NCBI GenBank assembly: GCA_947507965.1
Contig: CANNQU010000006.1
Location: 1,275 to 65,274, forward strand
Direction: 5' to 3'
Source of the DNA: Bacteroidota bacterium
GTDB lineage: Bacteria > Bacteroidota > Bacteroidia > UKL13-3
DNA length: 64,000 bases
The number at the start of each line of letters is the position of its first letter. Position 1 is the first letter of the stretch. Positions 51,504 to 63,117 of this stretch are shown here, one piece after another. The position numbers and the translations under genes are program-made. The notes under the pieces are model-generated. The model ran no database searches. It saw only the letters and a list, made by a program, of their open reading frames with translations, and was not told the DNA's origin.

Positions 51504-52127
51504 TTATTTATTCAATCCGCTTTTAGCTAATAAGGTTATGTCAACCGGTGCGATATCAGCCCACGAGAATGATTTAATTTCTGTGATTTTCATTTCATCC
51601 AATACATCCACAACATTTTTGTAATTCGAATTGTCACATGGCCGAATGATCACTACGAGGCCTTCTTTAGCATAGCTCGAATCATTTGGGTTTCTAGCAG
51701 CAGGATTGGGGTTATTGTCTCTTGCTCTTTTATCCTCCTCCAACAAGGTTTTGCGTAAGCCATATTCAGAGTAGTTCGTGATGTTTATCTGAGGTATTTT
51801 ATTGTGATCCGGGTCATTTATTCCCATATACCAAAAAATTTTATCATCCTTGCCCATCATTATTGTCATGGTACGCGATTGCGGTACCTTAATGGCTTCA
51901 GGAGGCGGGTGTACGGTGTCGGGCTTATTTACTTCCATAGAAGCCGGTTTGCTCATGGTGGTCGTAAAAATAAAGAAGGTGATGAGCAAGAAGCCCAAAT
52001 CTACCATGGGCGTCATATCCACCCGGGTGCTCACCTTTTTGGCACGCGATCCACCTTCAGTGAGGATAAACTTACCTCCTTTTTTCTTTTTATGCCCCCC
52101 ACCGGAGCTTGTATTCATTTCTGCCAT
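51504..52127 (-). CDS. exbD: Biopolymer transporter ExbD
   Basis: VDMTPMVDLGFLLITFFIFTT; YKNVVDVLDEM. Confidence 0.92.
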   Translation of the reverse strand: MAEMNTSSGGGHKKKKGGKFILTEGGSRAKKVSTRVDMTPMVDLGFLLITFFIFTTTMSKPASMEVNKPDTVHPPPEAIKVPQSRTMTIMMGKDDKIFWYMGINDPDHNKIPQINITNYSEYGLRKTLLEEDKRARDNNPNPAARNPNDSSYAKEGLVVIIRPCDNSNYKNVVDVLDEMKITEIKSFSWADIAPVDITLLAKSGLNK

Positions 52128-52146
52128 AATGCGAAATTTTTAATTG

Positions 52147-52779
52147 TTATTTTGAAGCAGTCTCTTCTTTACCTTCGAGTGTCGTTACAAAGTTAAAGCG
52201 CAGAATATTTTTTAATTCAAACGTCTTGATCACGGCCTTTACAGAAGGATAGTCCGTTGTTTTATCACCCTTCACGGCGATGATAGCGTTTTTATCCAAG
52301 ATGGCTTTATATGCCTTTTTTGAACAAATTAACCAATCACCCAATTCATTTCCAACTAACGTGGTATCCTTTGGAATGCCTTTAAGCACCGAAACCTTGC
52401 CTCTCTGCTCCACATCCAAAGAAAGCCATGCTTTTAAATCTTTCATGGGTACTCCAATGGCTCCGGCATTTTTAAATTGTGTGTATTCGTCGGGCGTGAA
52501 CGTAATATTGTATCGTTCGGCCATTTGTGTTAATGTGCTCTCGCGGATTTTCGGATTGTCAATATCCCACAGCACTCTTCCATCGGGAGCCAATGAAATT
52601 AACACGATATCCTTGTCTTTTATTTGCTTCCCATGAGAAGCAGGGATATCAATAACGACAGGCTCTTTTGGTTTAAATTTTGTGGTAAGAATGAAGAAGG
52701 TGAGCAGCAAAAATGCTACGTCACACATCGCGGTCATATCAATTGCGGTACTTTTTCGGGCTACTTTAACTTTCGGCAT
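52147..52779 (-). CDS. exbD: Biopolymer transporter ExbD
   Basis: IDMTAMCDVAFLLLTFFILTT. Confidence 0.92.
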   Translation of the reverse strand: MPKVKVARKSTAIDMTAMCDVAFLLLTFFILTTKFKPKEPVVIDIPASHGKQIKDKDIVLISLAPDGRVLWDIDNPKIRESTLTQMAERYNITFTPDEYTQFKNAGAIGVPMKDLKAWLSLDVEQRGKVSVLKGIPKDTTLVGNELGDWLICSKKAYKAILDKNAIIAVKGDKTTDYPSVKAVIKTFELKNILRFNFVTTLEGKEETASK

Positions 52780-52862
52780 TGTATTTTTTTTTAGTTACCT
52801 GCGTTCTTAATACCTTCCATTGTGAAAAGGTAAACACCATCTAATAAAGAAATGACGTTAAT

Positions 52863-53699
52863 TTAGCTATGGGTCTTGAAAGAAGTTACAATGCTATATC
52901 CTACCTCATCAATACCATAAGTAAGTTTATCAATTTGTGTGGTGAACACATTATACATTACAATGGCCAAAGCAGAAGTACCGATACCTAGAGCCGTATT
53001 GATCAAGGCCTCAGAAATTCCAGTTGCTAAGGCTTCTGCACCACTACCGCCTTCTTGCGATAAGGCAGCAAAGGAACGTATCATACCTAAAACGGTTCCT
53101 AGCAAACCAAACAAAGTAGCTACCGAAGCAATGGTTGCCAAGATTACCAAATTGCGTTCTAGCATAGGCAACTCTAATGAAGATGCTTCTTCAATTTCTT
53201 TCTGTATCGACTCTAATTTTTGGTCTTTGGTCATATCGTCACTGGCCAGAGCAATTTTATAACGTACTAATCCGGCACGTACGATATTGGCCACCGATCC
53301 TTTTTGTGCATCGCAGTCGCGAATGGCACCATCAATATTGTTGGCGGCAAGCGATAATTTAATTTTACGTACAAAGTTAACGGTCGAACCTTTCCCTTTA
53401 GCTTTTGCAATAGTTAAGAAACGTTCAATCACAAAGGTGATGACAACCAGGAACATCGTCATCAGGATAGGAACAATTAGACCTCCCTTATATACTTGTC
53501 CGAAATAATCGCCGGGCAGAGGTTTTCCGGTATTTACATTGCCTTCAAAATGTGAACCATGGCCAAATACAAACATGTAAATTAAGATGCTCACCACAAA
53601 TAAAAGCGGAATAACAATTAACGACATCGGAATGTTTACGCTTGAGCTGGAATTGCCAGCACTTGGTTTTGCTGCTGCTGGGTTAGGTGTGTTTGCCAT
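52863..53699 (-). CDS. exbB: MotA/TolQ/ExbB proton channel protein
   Basis: ATLFGLLGTVLGMIRSF, GISEALINTALG. Confidence 0.92.
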   Translation of the reverse strand: MANTPNPAAAKPSAGNSSSSVNIPMSLIVIPLLFVVSILIYMFVFGHGSHFEGNVNTGKPLPGDYFGQVYKGGLIVPILMTMFLVVITFVIERFLTIAKAKGKGSTVNFVRKIKLSLAANNIDGAIRDCDAQKGSVANIVRAGLVRYKIALASDDMTKDQKLESIQKEIEEASSLELPMLERNLVILATIASVATLFGLLGTVLGMIRSFAALSQEGGSGAEALATGISEALINTALGIGTSALAIVMYNVFTTQIDKLTYGIDEVGYSIVTSFKTHS

Positions 53700-54131
53700 A
53701 ATGCGAAAATGAAAATTTAATTATGATAATATTAATAAGATTGATTTTTTACTTTGCTGCAAATATAAAACCTTTTGTTTGCTATGCAACTTTTTTGAAA
53801 AAAGGTTTTATACTTATAAAATGACCCCTTGGTTTGCCTATCTGCTGAATCGTTTTTTGATATTTAAGGGTCGGAACGTATCAAGGGGCTTCGAGGTAAT
53901 GCTACTCGTTGGGGCAGCCTCTTTTTTTTAGGTGCCCAAAATAGGAGTGGCCTTTTGCCGAAAACGACCTTTGGATAACCAATCGAGAATTAGCGTAAAG
54001 GGGTTGCATGCTATGCCAAAATTTGGGTTTCTTGTTTTTTCAGTAGGGTCGAAATACGAACTTTTTTATATCATTTTTTTGCTATTTGCTTTATTTTTCT
54101 ACATTTGAAGTGTTTTATAACTCATTTTACA

Positions 54132-54602
54132 ATGGAATTCAAAGAAATTCAAACCTTAATAAAGCTGGTATCAGATGCCGGTGTTGATGAAGTTAGTATC
54201 GAAAAAACCGATTTTAAACTGACCATCAAAAAGAACGAAAAGCAGGTAACCTATGCTAGCGCTCCTGTTGTTCATGCTCATTTGGCAGCTGCCCCACAAG
54301 CTCCATTGACCTCCACTCCGGCCTCGATGGAAGCAGTGCAAGTTGCTGATCCAAAATCGAATCTAATTACGATCAAAGCACCTATGATTGGCACCTTCTA
54401 CCGTGCTTCCAGTCCTGGGAAACCATCCTTTGTGAATATTGGTGATGAGATTTCACCGGGTAAAGCGCTTTGCATTATTGAAGCAATGAAACTTTTCAAT
54501 GAAATTGAAAGTGAAATATCGGGTAAACTAGTAAAGGTACTGGTGGAAAGTGGCACTCCTGTAGAATTTGATCAACCTTTGTTTTTGGTACAGCCTAATT
54601 AG
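54132..54602 (+). CDS. accB: Acetyl-CoA carboxylase biotin carboxyl carrier protein
   Basis: APMIGTFYR, IIEAMKLFNEI. Confidence 0.96.
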   Translation: MEFKEIQTLIKLVSDAGVDEVSIEKTDFKLTIKKNEKQVTYASAPVVHAHLAAAPQAPLTSTPASMEAVQVADPKSNLITIKAPMIGTFYRASSPGKPSFVNIGDEISPGKALCIIEAMKLFNEIESEISGKLVKVLVESGTPVEFDQPLFLVQPN

Positions 54603-54714
54603 TAACGGGTGTTTATTACCGACTAGGGGTTTAAAATTCTAAGATGGGTTCTACTGCCGTTTCTTTTTTAAAACCCGATATCAATAACGGAATTACACAA
54701 TCATTTTTTTTACT

Positions 54715-56049
54715 ATGTTCAAAAAAATACTCATCGCCAACCGTGGCGAAATAGCACTAAGAATAATACGCACCTGCAAAGAGATGGGAATTAAAACCGT
54801 CGCTGTATACAGTACTGCGGATAAAGAAAGCTTACATGTACGCTTTGCCGATGAAGCGGTATGTATTGGTCCTCCTCCTTCGATTCAGTCCTACTTGAAT
54901 GTGCCAAGTTTAATTGCTGCTGCCGAAATAACGAATGCCGACGCCATACACCCTGGTTATGGTTTTCTAAGCGAAAACGCAAAGTTTAGCGGTATCTGTG
55001 CCAAGCACGGAATTAAATTTATTGGGGCTACCCCTGATCAAATAAATCAAATGGGCGATAAAAGTAATGCTAAAGATACGATGAAAAAAGCTGGAGTACC
55101 TTGTATTCCGGGTAGCGATGGCTTGCTTGAAAACGTAGAGGAAGCAAAAACAGTGGCAAAAAAAATTGGATATCCGGTCATTATTAAAGCCACTGCCGGT
55201 GGAGGTGGAAAAGGGATGCGAATTGTTTGGAAAGAGGACGAATTAATTCCAGCATGGGAAAGTGCTACCACGGAGGCTGTCGCATCCTTTGGAAATGGTG
55301 CTATGTATATGGAGAAATATATTGAAGAACCTCGTCATATTGAAATTCAACTGGCTGGCGATCAATACGGAAAAGTATGCCACCTGAGCGAACGCGATTG
55401 CAGTATTCAACGCCGTCATCAAAAACTGGTGGAAGAAAGCCCATCGCCTTTTGTTGATCAGGCCCTGCGTGAGAAAATGGGCGATGCGGCCATAAAAGGT
55501 GCGGAAGCAATAAAATATGAAGGTGTGGGTACCATTGAATTTCTGGTGGACAAACACAAGAACTTCTATTTCATGGAAATGAATACTCGAATTCAGGTGG
55601 AGCACCCAGTGACCGAAGAGGTGATCAATTATGATTTAATAAAAGAACAAATACTTATTGCAGCAGGCGTTCCAATCTCCGGTAAAAATTATTTCCCATT
55701 GAAGCATGCCATCGAATGCCGGATTAACGCCGAAGACCCTAAAAATAATTTCCGGCCTTCTCCGGGGAAAATCACACAACTCAATCGCCCCGGTGGTCAT
55801 GGGGTGCGTGTTGATACGCATGTTTACGCCGGCTATACTATTCCACCCAATTACGATAGTATGATTGCAAAACTTATTGTGAGCGCTCAAACTAGAGAGG
55901 AGGCCATCGTTAAAATGGAGCGGGCACTAGGTGAATTTATTATTGAAGGGGTAAAAACAACGGTTTCATTACAACAGAAAATCATGCAACACCCCGAATT
56001 CAGGAAAGGAAATTTCACGACCGCCTTCATGAATACCTTCGACATCTAA
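54715..56049 (+). CDS. accC: Acetyl-CoA carboxylase biotin carboxylase subunit
   Basis: [42 protein letters not shown]. Confidence 0.97.
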   Translation: MFKKILIANRGEIALRIIRTCKEMGIKTVAVYSTADKESLHVRFADEAVCIGPPPSIQSYLNVPSLIAAAEITNADAIHPGYGFLSENAKFSGICAKHGIKFIGATPDQINQMGDKSNAKDTMKKAGVPCIPGSDGLLENVEEAKTVAKKIGYPVIIKATAGGGGKGMRIVWKEDELIPAWESATTEAVASFGNGAMYMEKYIEEPRHIEIQLAGDQYGKVCHLSERDCSIQRRHQKLVEESPSPFVDQALREKMGDAAIKGAEAIKYEGVGTIEFLVDKHKNFYFMEMNTRIQVEHPVTEEVINYDLIKEQILIAAGVPISGKNYFPLKHAIECRINAEDPKNNFRPSPGKITQLNRPGGHGVRVDTHVYAGYTIPPNYDSMIAKLIVSAQTREEAIVKMERALGEFIIEGVKTTVSLQQKIMQHPEFRKGNFTTAFMNTFDI

Positions 56050-56066
56050 TTTCTTTTGGAGTACTT

Positions 56067-56552
56067 ATGACTATTCGCGTTTTTGTTACTGGTGGTACTT
56101 TCGATAAAGAATATAACGAACTCACCGGGGAGTTGTTTTTTAAGGATACGCATATTCAAGATTTATTGATTCTTGGAAGAAGTAGGTTGGATTTGAGCAT
56201 TCGTACCTTGATGCTCGTTGATAGTTTGGAAATGACCGATGCCGACCGAAAAATTATTGTGGAAAGTTGCAAGCGCTGCACCGAAGATCGTATTGTTATC
56301 ACGCATGGAACCGATACCATGACCACCACAGCCGGTGTTCTTGCGAAGGAAATAAACAACAAAACAATTATTCTCACCGGGGCTATGATTCCTTTTAAAT
56401 TTGGAAGTAGCGATGGCCTTTTTAACTTAGGCAGCGCTCTGGCTTTTGCCCAAAGTCTTCCTCATGGCATCTATGTAGCCATGAATGGGCGCTATTTTAA
56501 TTGGGATAGTGTTCAAAAAAATAAGAAAGCTGGATTCTTCGATGAAATTTAA
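56067..56552 (+). CDS. Short asparaginase-domain protein
   Basis: TGGTFDK, HGTDT, LTGAM motifs; N-terminal domain only. Confidence 0.85.
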   Translation: MTIRVFVTGGTFDKEYNELTGELFFKDTHIQDLLILGRSRLDLSIRTLMLVDSLEMTDADRKIIVESCKRCTEDRIVITHGTDTMTTTAGVLAKEINNKTIILTGAMIPFKFGSSDGLFNLGSALAFAQSLPHGIYVAMNGRYFNWDSVQKNKKAGFFDEI

Positions 56553-56679
56553 GCGTTCTTTACGTCCTTTTAACTCGTCATTAGAAATTATTATCGTTGT
56601 TGTCGGAAATATTTAGTAACCCTCATCTTATTTATTGTTTTTTGACTATATTTGATAGCAATAATCAAAGCCAATAGTC

Positions 56680-57084
56680 ATGAAATCGAGTTTAAATTTC
56701 CTTTTTTTTATTAGTTCGTGTGGTCTCTTGTTTTTTTCTTGTAATAAGCCTGCTGTGCGTATTATTGAACGTGGCACCTGGATGGTTAGTTTGTTCACCG
56801 AAGATTCGAAAGATGAAACTTCTGGATTCGAAGGTTATAAATTCGATTTTAACAAGAATGAAGTACTCATTGTTACAATGAGCTTAATAGGCTCTACAAA
56901 AACAGTGAATGGTACTTGGGTATACGACGACGCCACGCCGAAGTACCGTATCTCTATTTCCGGAACAGGTAATTTAGATAAGATTAATGACGACTGGACG
57001 ATCATCTCTAAATCGACAGATTTGATTGAATTAAAAAACGATAATCTTGCTAAAAAAGAGATTTTGAATTTTAAGAAAATGTAA
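56680..57084 (+). CDS. Hypothetical lipoprotein (lipocalin-like)
   Basis: Lipobox FFSC; GTW motifs. Confidence 0.7.
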   Translation: MKSSLNFLFFISSCGLLFFSCNKPAVRIIERGTWMVSLFTEDSKDETSGFEGYKFDFNKNEVLIVTMSLIGSTKTVNGTWVYDDATPKYRISISGTGNLDKINDDWTIISKSTDLIELKNDNLAKKEILNFKKM

Positions 57085-57202
57085 GCGCGTATGCGATTAT
57101 AGCTCGTAATTCATGCTTGGTACGGCTAGTTTTCATGATCCGACTTGCGACGCACTCAGTGATGCCACATAGCCATTGCCCCGGAATTTCCTATCTTCGT
57201 GT

Positions 57203-57730
57203 ATGAAGGTGATTAAATCATGGTTGTTTTTTATTTTTTTGTTGGATTCATCTTGTGCTTTTGCTCAAGCTTTAACCCCAATAACGTTAAGTTATTCGCT
57301 TTCCAAAACAGGCTATAAAGCAGCCGATACGGTGGATTTTATTATCAATGCGAAAATCAAGAAAGGCTGGTGCTTATATAGCTCCGAATTTGCTGCCGAT
57401 GGACCGATAAAATTCGAATGTGTGGTGGAAAAAAGCAATGCCTTTTTTCTGCTTGGCCCATTGCTGGCCTATAACCCATTCGCACATTACGATGAGGTGT
57501 GGGAAGCCGAAGTGAAAATTTTTGAAGAGGTAGCTCAGTTCCGATTGCCGATGGTAGTAAAGAAGTCGGGCAAGATTATATTCAGAGCCCGCATTGAAGG
57601 GCAAGGGTGTAACGAGGTATGTGTACCCCTTAGCACTACGATAGCATTGGATTTGAGTACGCTTACCTACAGTGATTATGTCTCCGCCAGCCCTTCGGTA
57701 TATTCCCACTATGAAAAGCACTCCAAATAA
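57203..57730 (+). CDS. Stand-alone DsbD N-terminal domain protein (paralog of the next gene's N-terminus)
   Basis: Signal peptide; IINAKIKKGWCLYS, QGCNEVCVP; aligns by eye to the N-terminus of 57835..59856. Confidence 0.8.
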   Translation: MKVIKSWLFFIFLLDSSCAFAQALTPITLSYSLSKTGYKAADTVDFIINAKIKKGWCLYSSEFAADGPIKFECVVEKSNAFFLLGPLLAYNPFAHYDEVWEAEVKIFEEVAQFRLPMVVKKSGKIIFRARIEGQGCNEVCVPLSTTIALDLSTLTYSDYVSASPSVYSHYEKHSK

Positions 57731-57834
57731 TCGAATACAGATAGTCTGCAAATTAAATTCGGATTCATTTTAGGGCTTAAAATTTCATTTCATTTTGCGC
57801 TTTTAAGAGTTCGTTATATCTACTATATTCGCAC

Positions 57835-59856
57835 ATGAAATTTTATAAGGTTTTATTCTCTTTTGTGCTTTTGTCTTGTTCGATGTTTTCCTTTGCAGAA
57901 GTTGTACATCCTGTTCAATATTCTTATGCTGTTTCTACTACAGATTATAAAGCGGGCGACACAATTGAACTCATTATAAACGCTAAAATTATTGAGGGAT
58001 GGTACCTATATAGTACTGAATTCGCAGCTACCGACCCCATAAAATTTAAGTGCACTATAGTGCAAAGCAAAGATTTTGAGCAAGCCGGGGCTATTATAGC
58101 CTATAAACCGTTTAGCCATTACGATGAAACATGGGAAGGGGAAGTGAAAATTTTCGAGAATATAGGTCAGTTTCGAATTCCATTGGTGGTGAAAAAAGCA
58201 GGCAAGATTGATTTTAAGGCAAAAATTGAATCTCAGTCATGCAGTAATGCAGAAGGTCGTTGTGTTCCTGTCGACGTAACGGTGGCTATCGATTTGAGTG
58301 CCCTTCCATTCAGCGATTTTATGGCTGCTGATCCTTCCGTTTATATCCATTACGATTCAAAGGAAACTCCAAAGCCCCAGAATACAGAACCTGTTAAGGA
58401 AGCCGGATCGGCAACGGAGGAGTCTTTATGGACACTGCTTCTAACCGCCTTTTTAGCAGGGCTTACCGCGTTAATAACCCCTTGTGTTTTCCCTATGATT
58501 CCCATGACCGTTTCCTTTTTCACCAAGCAGGATAAAGGGAAGGGAATACGACAGGCCATGATTTTTGGATTATCTATCATTATAATTTACACTTTAATAG
58601 GTGTTGTGTTTTCGTTACTATTCGGGAAAAACTTTGCTCAGGCACTAAGCACACACTGGATTCCGAATGTGTTGTTTTTTGTGGTGTTTATAATTTTTGG
58701 TGTTTCATTTCTTGGAATGTTCGAAATTGTTTTACCTTCTTCCTGGGGAACAAAAATGGATCAGCTTAGTGAAAAAGGCGGTATTATAGGGGTATTCTTT
58801 ATGGCCATGACATTGGTCATTGTGTCGTTCTCGTGTACTGCACCGGTTGCAAGCTCGGTACTTATTTTAGCCGCCGACGGACATTTCGCTCGAGCCATTC
58901 CAGCTATGCTGGCGTTCTCTTCTGCAATCGCTATCCCGTTTATGTTGTTTGCTATTTTTCCGCAATGGATGCAAAGCTTACCAAAGAGTGGTGGCTGGTT
59001 GAATACCGTGAAAGTGGTTTTAGGTTTCGTGGAGATTGCTTTTGCATTCAAATTTCTATCGATAGCCGACCGGGTTTATCACTGGCATATTTTAGATCGT
59101 GAAATTTACCTTGCAATTTGGATTGTACTCTCCTTTTTATTAGGAATCTACCTCTTGGGTAAATTGAAGTTCGCCCATGATTCTCCTTCCGACACGGTAT
59201 CGGTTCCGAGTTTTTTATTTTCGTGTGTATTTTTCTGTTTTTCTATTTACATGATACCTGGTTTATGGGGTGCGCCGCTTAAGTTTTTATCAGGATATAT
59301 CCCACCACAAACATCTCTTGATTTTGATTTATACACGAGCTCTAAAATTTTGCTGAGTAATATCCCCGACGATCGAGGTACGGTAAAATACAGTAGTAAA
59401 TATAAGCAGCCTTATGGAATTAAGGGGTTTTTCGATTTCCAACAGGGGCTGGATTATGCCAAAAAGCATAATAAGCCTTTGTTTGTTGACTTCACCGGTG
59501 AAAGCTGTACCAATTGCCGAAAAATGGAAGACGGGGTTTGGATCGATGAAGATATCATTAGCCTATTAAAAAACGAATATGTAGTGGTATCACTTTACTA
59601 CGATGACAAAGCCAGTTTACCTGTGAATGAACAGTTCAAAAGTGAATTGGATAATGAAATGAAAACTACGGTAGGGGATAAGAATTTAGATTTCCAGGTA
59701 AAGTATTTCAACAGCAATGCAGCACCTTTTTATGTGATATTAAACCACGAGAACCTTACTCCGTTAATTACGCCAAGGGGCTATAATGCCGATATTCCAG
59801 AGTTTCGTAAGTTCCTCGAAGATGGGTTGAAAATTTTTAAAGGGGAGAAGCAATAA
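57835..59856 (+). CDS. dsbD: Thiol:disulfide interchange protein DsbD
   Basis: N-domain Cys pair, TM domain ITPCVFPMIP and SFSCTAP, LPKSGGWL, thioredoxin domain DFTGESCTNCRKME. Confidence 0.92.
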   Translation: MKFYKVLFSFVLLSCSMFSFAEVVHPVQYSYAVSTTDYKAGDTIELIINAKIIEGWYLYSTEFAATDPIKFKCTIVQSKDFEQAGAIIAYKPFSHYDETWEGEVKIFENIGQFRIPLVVKKAGKIDFKAKIESQSCSNAEGRCVPVDVTVAIDLSALPFSDFMAADPSVYIHYDSKETPKPQNTEPVKEAGSATEESLWTLLLTAFLAGLTALITPCVFPMIPMTVSFFTKQDKGKGIRQAMIFGLSIIIIYTLIGVVFSLLFGKNFAQALSTHWIPNVLFFVVFIIFGVSFLGMFEIVLPSSWGTKMDQLSEKGGIIGVFFMAMTLVIVSFSCTAPVASSVLILAADGHFARAIPAMLAFSSAIAIPFMLFAIFPQWMQSLPKSGGWLNTVKVVLGFVEIAFAFKFLSIADRVYHWHILDREIYLAIWIVLSFLLGIYLLGKLKFAHDSPSDTVSVPSFLFSCVFFCFSIYMIPGLWGAPLKFLSGYIPPQTSLDFDLYTSSKILLSNIPDDRGTVKYSSKYKQPYGIKGFFDFQQGLDYAKKHNKPLFVDFTGESCTNCRKMEDGVWIDEDIISLLKNEYVVVSLYYDDKASLPVNEQFKSELDNEMKTTVGDKNLDFQVKYFNSNAAPFYVILNHENLTPLITPRGYNADIPEFRKFLEDGLKIFKGEKQ

Positions 59857-59888
59857 TTGAGTTGTTTGAAAACAGACTGCTCATATAA

Positions 59889-61235
<1,347 letters not shown>

Positions 61236-61361
61236 GCTCTTGTAGAGCCTGGCATCTTTTATTGGTTGGTCCAGAAAATGGACATTCCCTTAGTAATCAA
61301 CAATATTAAGCGTGAATTGTAATTAAGGTTTCAGTGTTTCATTTTATCTTTGCTTCACGCC

Positions 61362-61667
61362 ATGCGAAAAATAGTCTCCAAAATAGTACCGGTCCTTAAA
61401 AATAAATATTATGTAACCATCATGGCATTTATAGTATGGGTGGCATTTTTCGATGGGAATAATATTTATGAAATTTACAAGTTACGCAAGAGTTATCATC
61501 AACTCCAGAATGAACGAAAATTTTACATCGATGAAACCGCGAAAGTGAATGCCGAGAAACAAGAACTCTTTTATAGTGAAAAAAGCCTCGAAAAATTTGC
61601 CCGGGAGCACTACTTCATGAAACACGACGACGAGGATCTCTATATCTTTGAAGCTATAAAAAAGTAA
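61362..61667 (+). CDS. Septum formation initiator family protein (FtsB/DivIC-like)
   Basis: KNKY..TM..FFD, coiled coil, LEKFAREHYFMK..DEDLY; follows eno. Confidence 0.85.
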   Translation: MRKIVSKIVPVLKNKYYVTIMAFIVWVAFFDGNNIYEIYKLRKSYHQLQNERKFYIDETAKVNAEKQELFYSEKSLEKFAREHYFMKHDDEDLYIFEAIKK

Positions 61668-61678
61668 AAAAAACGGCC

Positions 61679-62050
61679 ATGTCTCGATTTTTATTTAACT
61701 TTTTTTTCTTGCTCCCCTGCTTTTGTGTTGCTCAAGGCTTGCCCAAGCTGGTTATTCGAAATGTGAAGGCTAATGTAGAAGTGAATGGTGTTATCATAAA
61801 ACAAGATAAACATAATATCGGGTATGTGAAATTACTCGAACCGTATAACGCAGGAAAGCCAGCGACGGTTTATCAGGTTTGCCTGCCTAATGGCACCATT
61901 ATTGCCACCGCTTTCTCTTTTGGTAAAGGGGGCCATGAATGGATGGTAACCATTCTTAATGACCCCGAAATCACTTTTAATGTGTCATCAAAAATGGGCT
62001 CCGATATTAAAGATATCGCAACGGCTCTTGTAAAAAAAGGCTATCTTTAG
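61679..62050 (+). CDS. Hypothetical exported protein
   Basis: Signal-peptide-like N-terminus; 11 bp after the previous gene. Confidence 0.65.
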   Translation: MSRFLFNFFFLLPCFCVAQGLPKLVIRNVKANVEVNGVIIKQDKHNIGYVKLLEPYNAGKPATVYQVCLPNGTIIATAFSFGKGGHEWMVTILNDPEITFNVSSKMGSDIKDIATALVKKGYL

Positions 62051-62073
62051 TGGGGTAAGGTCTACAAACTACA

Positions 62074-62100
62074 CACAACCCTGCCACGGATAGGGTTGTG
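62074..62100. terminator. Stem-loop downstream of the ftsB-like operon
   Basis: CACAACCCT...AGGGTTGTG inverted repeat; no U-tract. Confidence 0.4.
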
Positions 62101-62229
62101 AAACGTTGTCAAAATTGGCTGAAATCCTATATCCTTTACTATTCATTATTCGTGAAGATGCTCATTTGGTGTCGTACAAAGTGCGAAATTGTTTTTCATT
62201 TATTTTCTATTTATTACTTTTGCACACAA

Positions 62230-63036
62230 ATGAATATTGATTTAAATTTAGGGCTATTAAGCCAGGTCTATGGTGATATTGATGTAACGATGGATATTCT
62301 TTGTCCGGAAGGATTGGCCTATAGCGAATGGTTTGAGAATGAAGAACGCACCGACGATGGACTCTACAAAGATTATCTTGACTCCGTATTTAATCGTAAT
62401 GCCTATATGGTGGAGCAAAAAGGAGATGAATACAAACCATTGGTGCCGTTAACTTTTGATGGCTTTCTTAAGTCGGCACATTATGAGAAGGAAGAACCAG
62501 ATTATTATGTTGCTTTTATTGAGCTTTTCTCCAACTGTGTTTGGGATATATTTTCCGGCAATAATGCCGTTGTAAAAGAGAATGAAAAAGTGGAACTGGG
62601 CTCATGGCGTGGTAGTGCGCAATTCATTGCCGACTTTGTAAATCATTCTTGTCATGCGGATTGTAAATTTCAAAGCAGTGATTTTTATTGTGGCAATATT
62701 GATGATGCTTTTCGTAAGGATTATTTACCGATCTATGAAATAATTTTCGAGCGACTAAAAGAATCTCAATGTAGTTGGATTATTGATGAAGAGATTACGA
62801 TGGCTATTGATGTAGAGTTTGGTGAAGAAATGGAAAAAAGCGAGGCCATGAAATTGAAAGAAAGTACGTTATTGGTGGCATTGGCAGAGAATATGAACCA
62901 GGAGCAGTTGAAACGGGTGGAAAAGGAAATAATAGCCGAACAGAAGAAGGAAACCAATACTCCAGATACCCTTCCTGCGGTGGTTCAGGCCTATTTCAAT
63001 GTTTATGGTGTGATGCCGTTAATACTCAAAAAATAA
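62230..63036 (+). CDS. Hypothetical acidic cytoplasmic protein
   Basis: Long ORF; start set at ATG 62230, 7 nt after a TACTTTTG box. Confidence 0.75.
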   Translation: MNIDLNLGLLSQVYGDIDVTMDILCPEGLAYSEWFENEERTDDGLYKDYLDSVFNRNAYMVEQKGDEYKPLVPLTFDGFLKSAHYEKEEPDYYVAFIELFSNCVWDIFSGNNAVVKENEKVELGSWRGSAQFIADFVNHSCHADCKFQSSDFYCGNIDDAFRKDYLPIYEIIFERLKESQCSWIIDEEITMAIDVEFGEEMEKSEAMKLKESTLLVALAENMNQEQLKRVEKEIIAEQKKETNTPDTLPAVVQAYFNVYGVMPLILKK

Positions 63037-63117
63037 GGGAAACACTTTTGGATATTGAGAAACGAAATAAAAATGTAACTTTGTAAATGTTGAATCAAAA
63101 ATATTTATATCTTCACT

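Noticed and set aside
53700-54131. ~430-bp divergent intergenic region with a less AT-rich core, possible ncRNA
   Set aside because: It contains promoter boxes for exbB and accB, but I could not identify a convincing structure or known RNA family by eye. An Rfam search would be needed.
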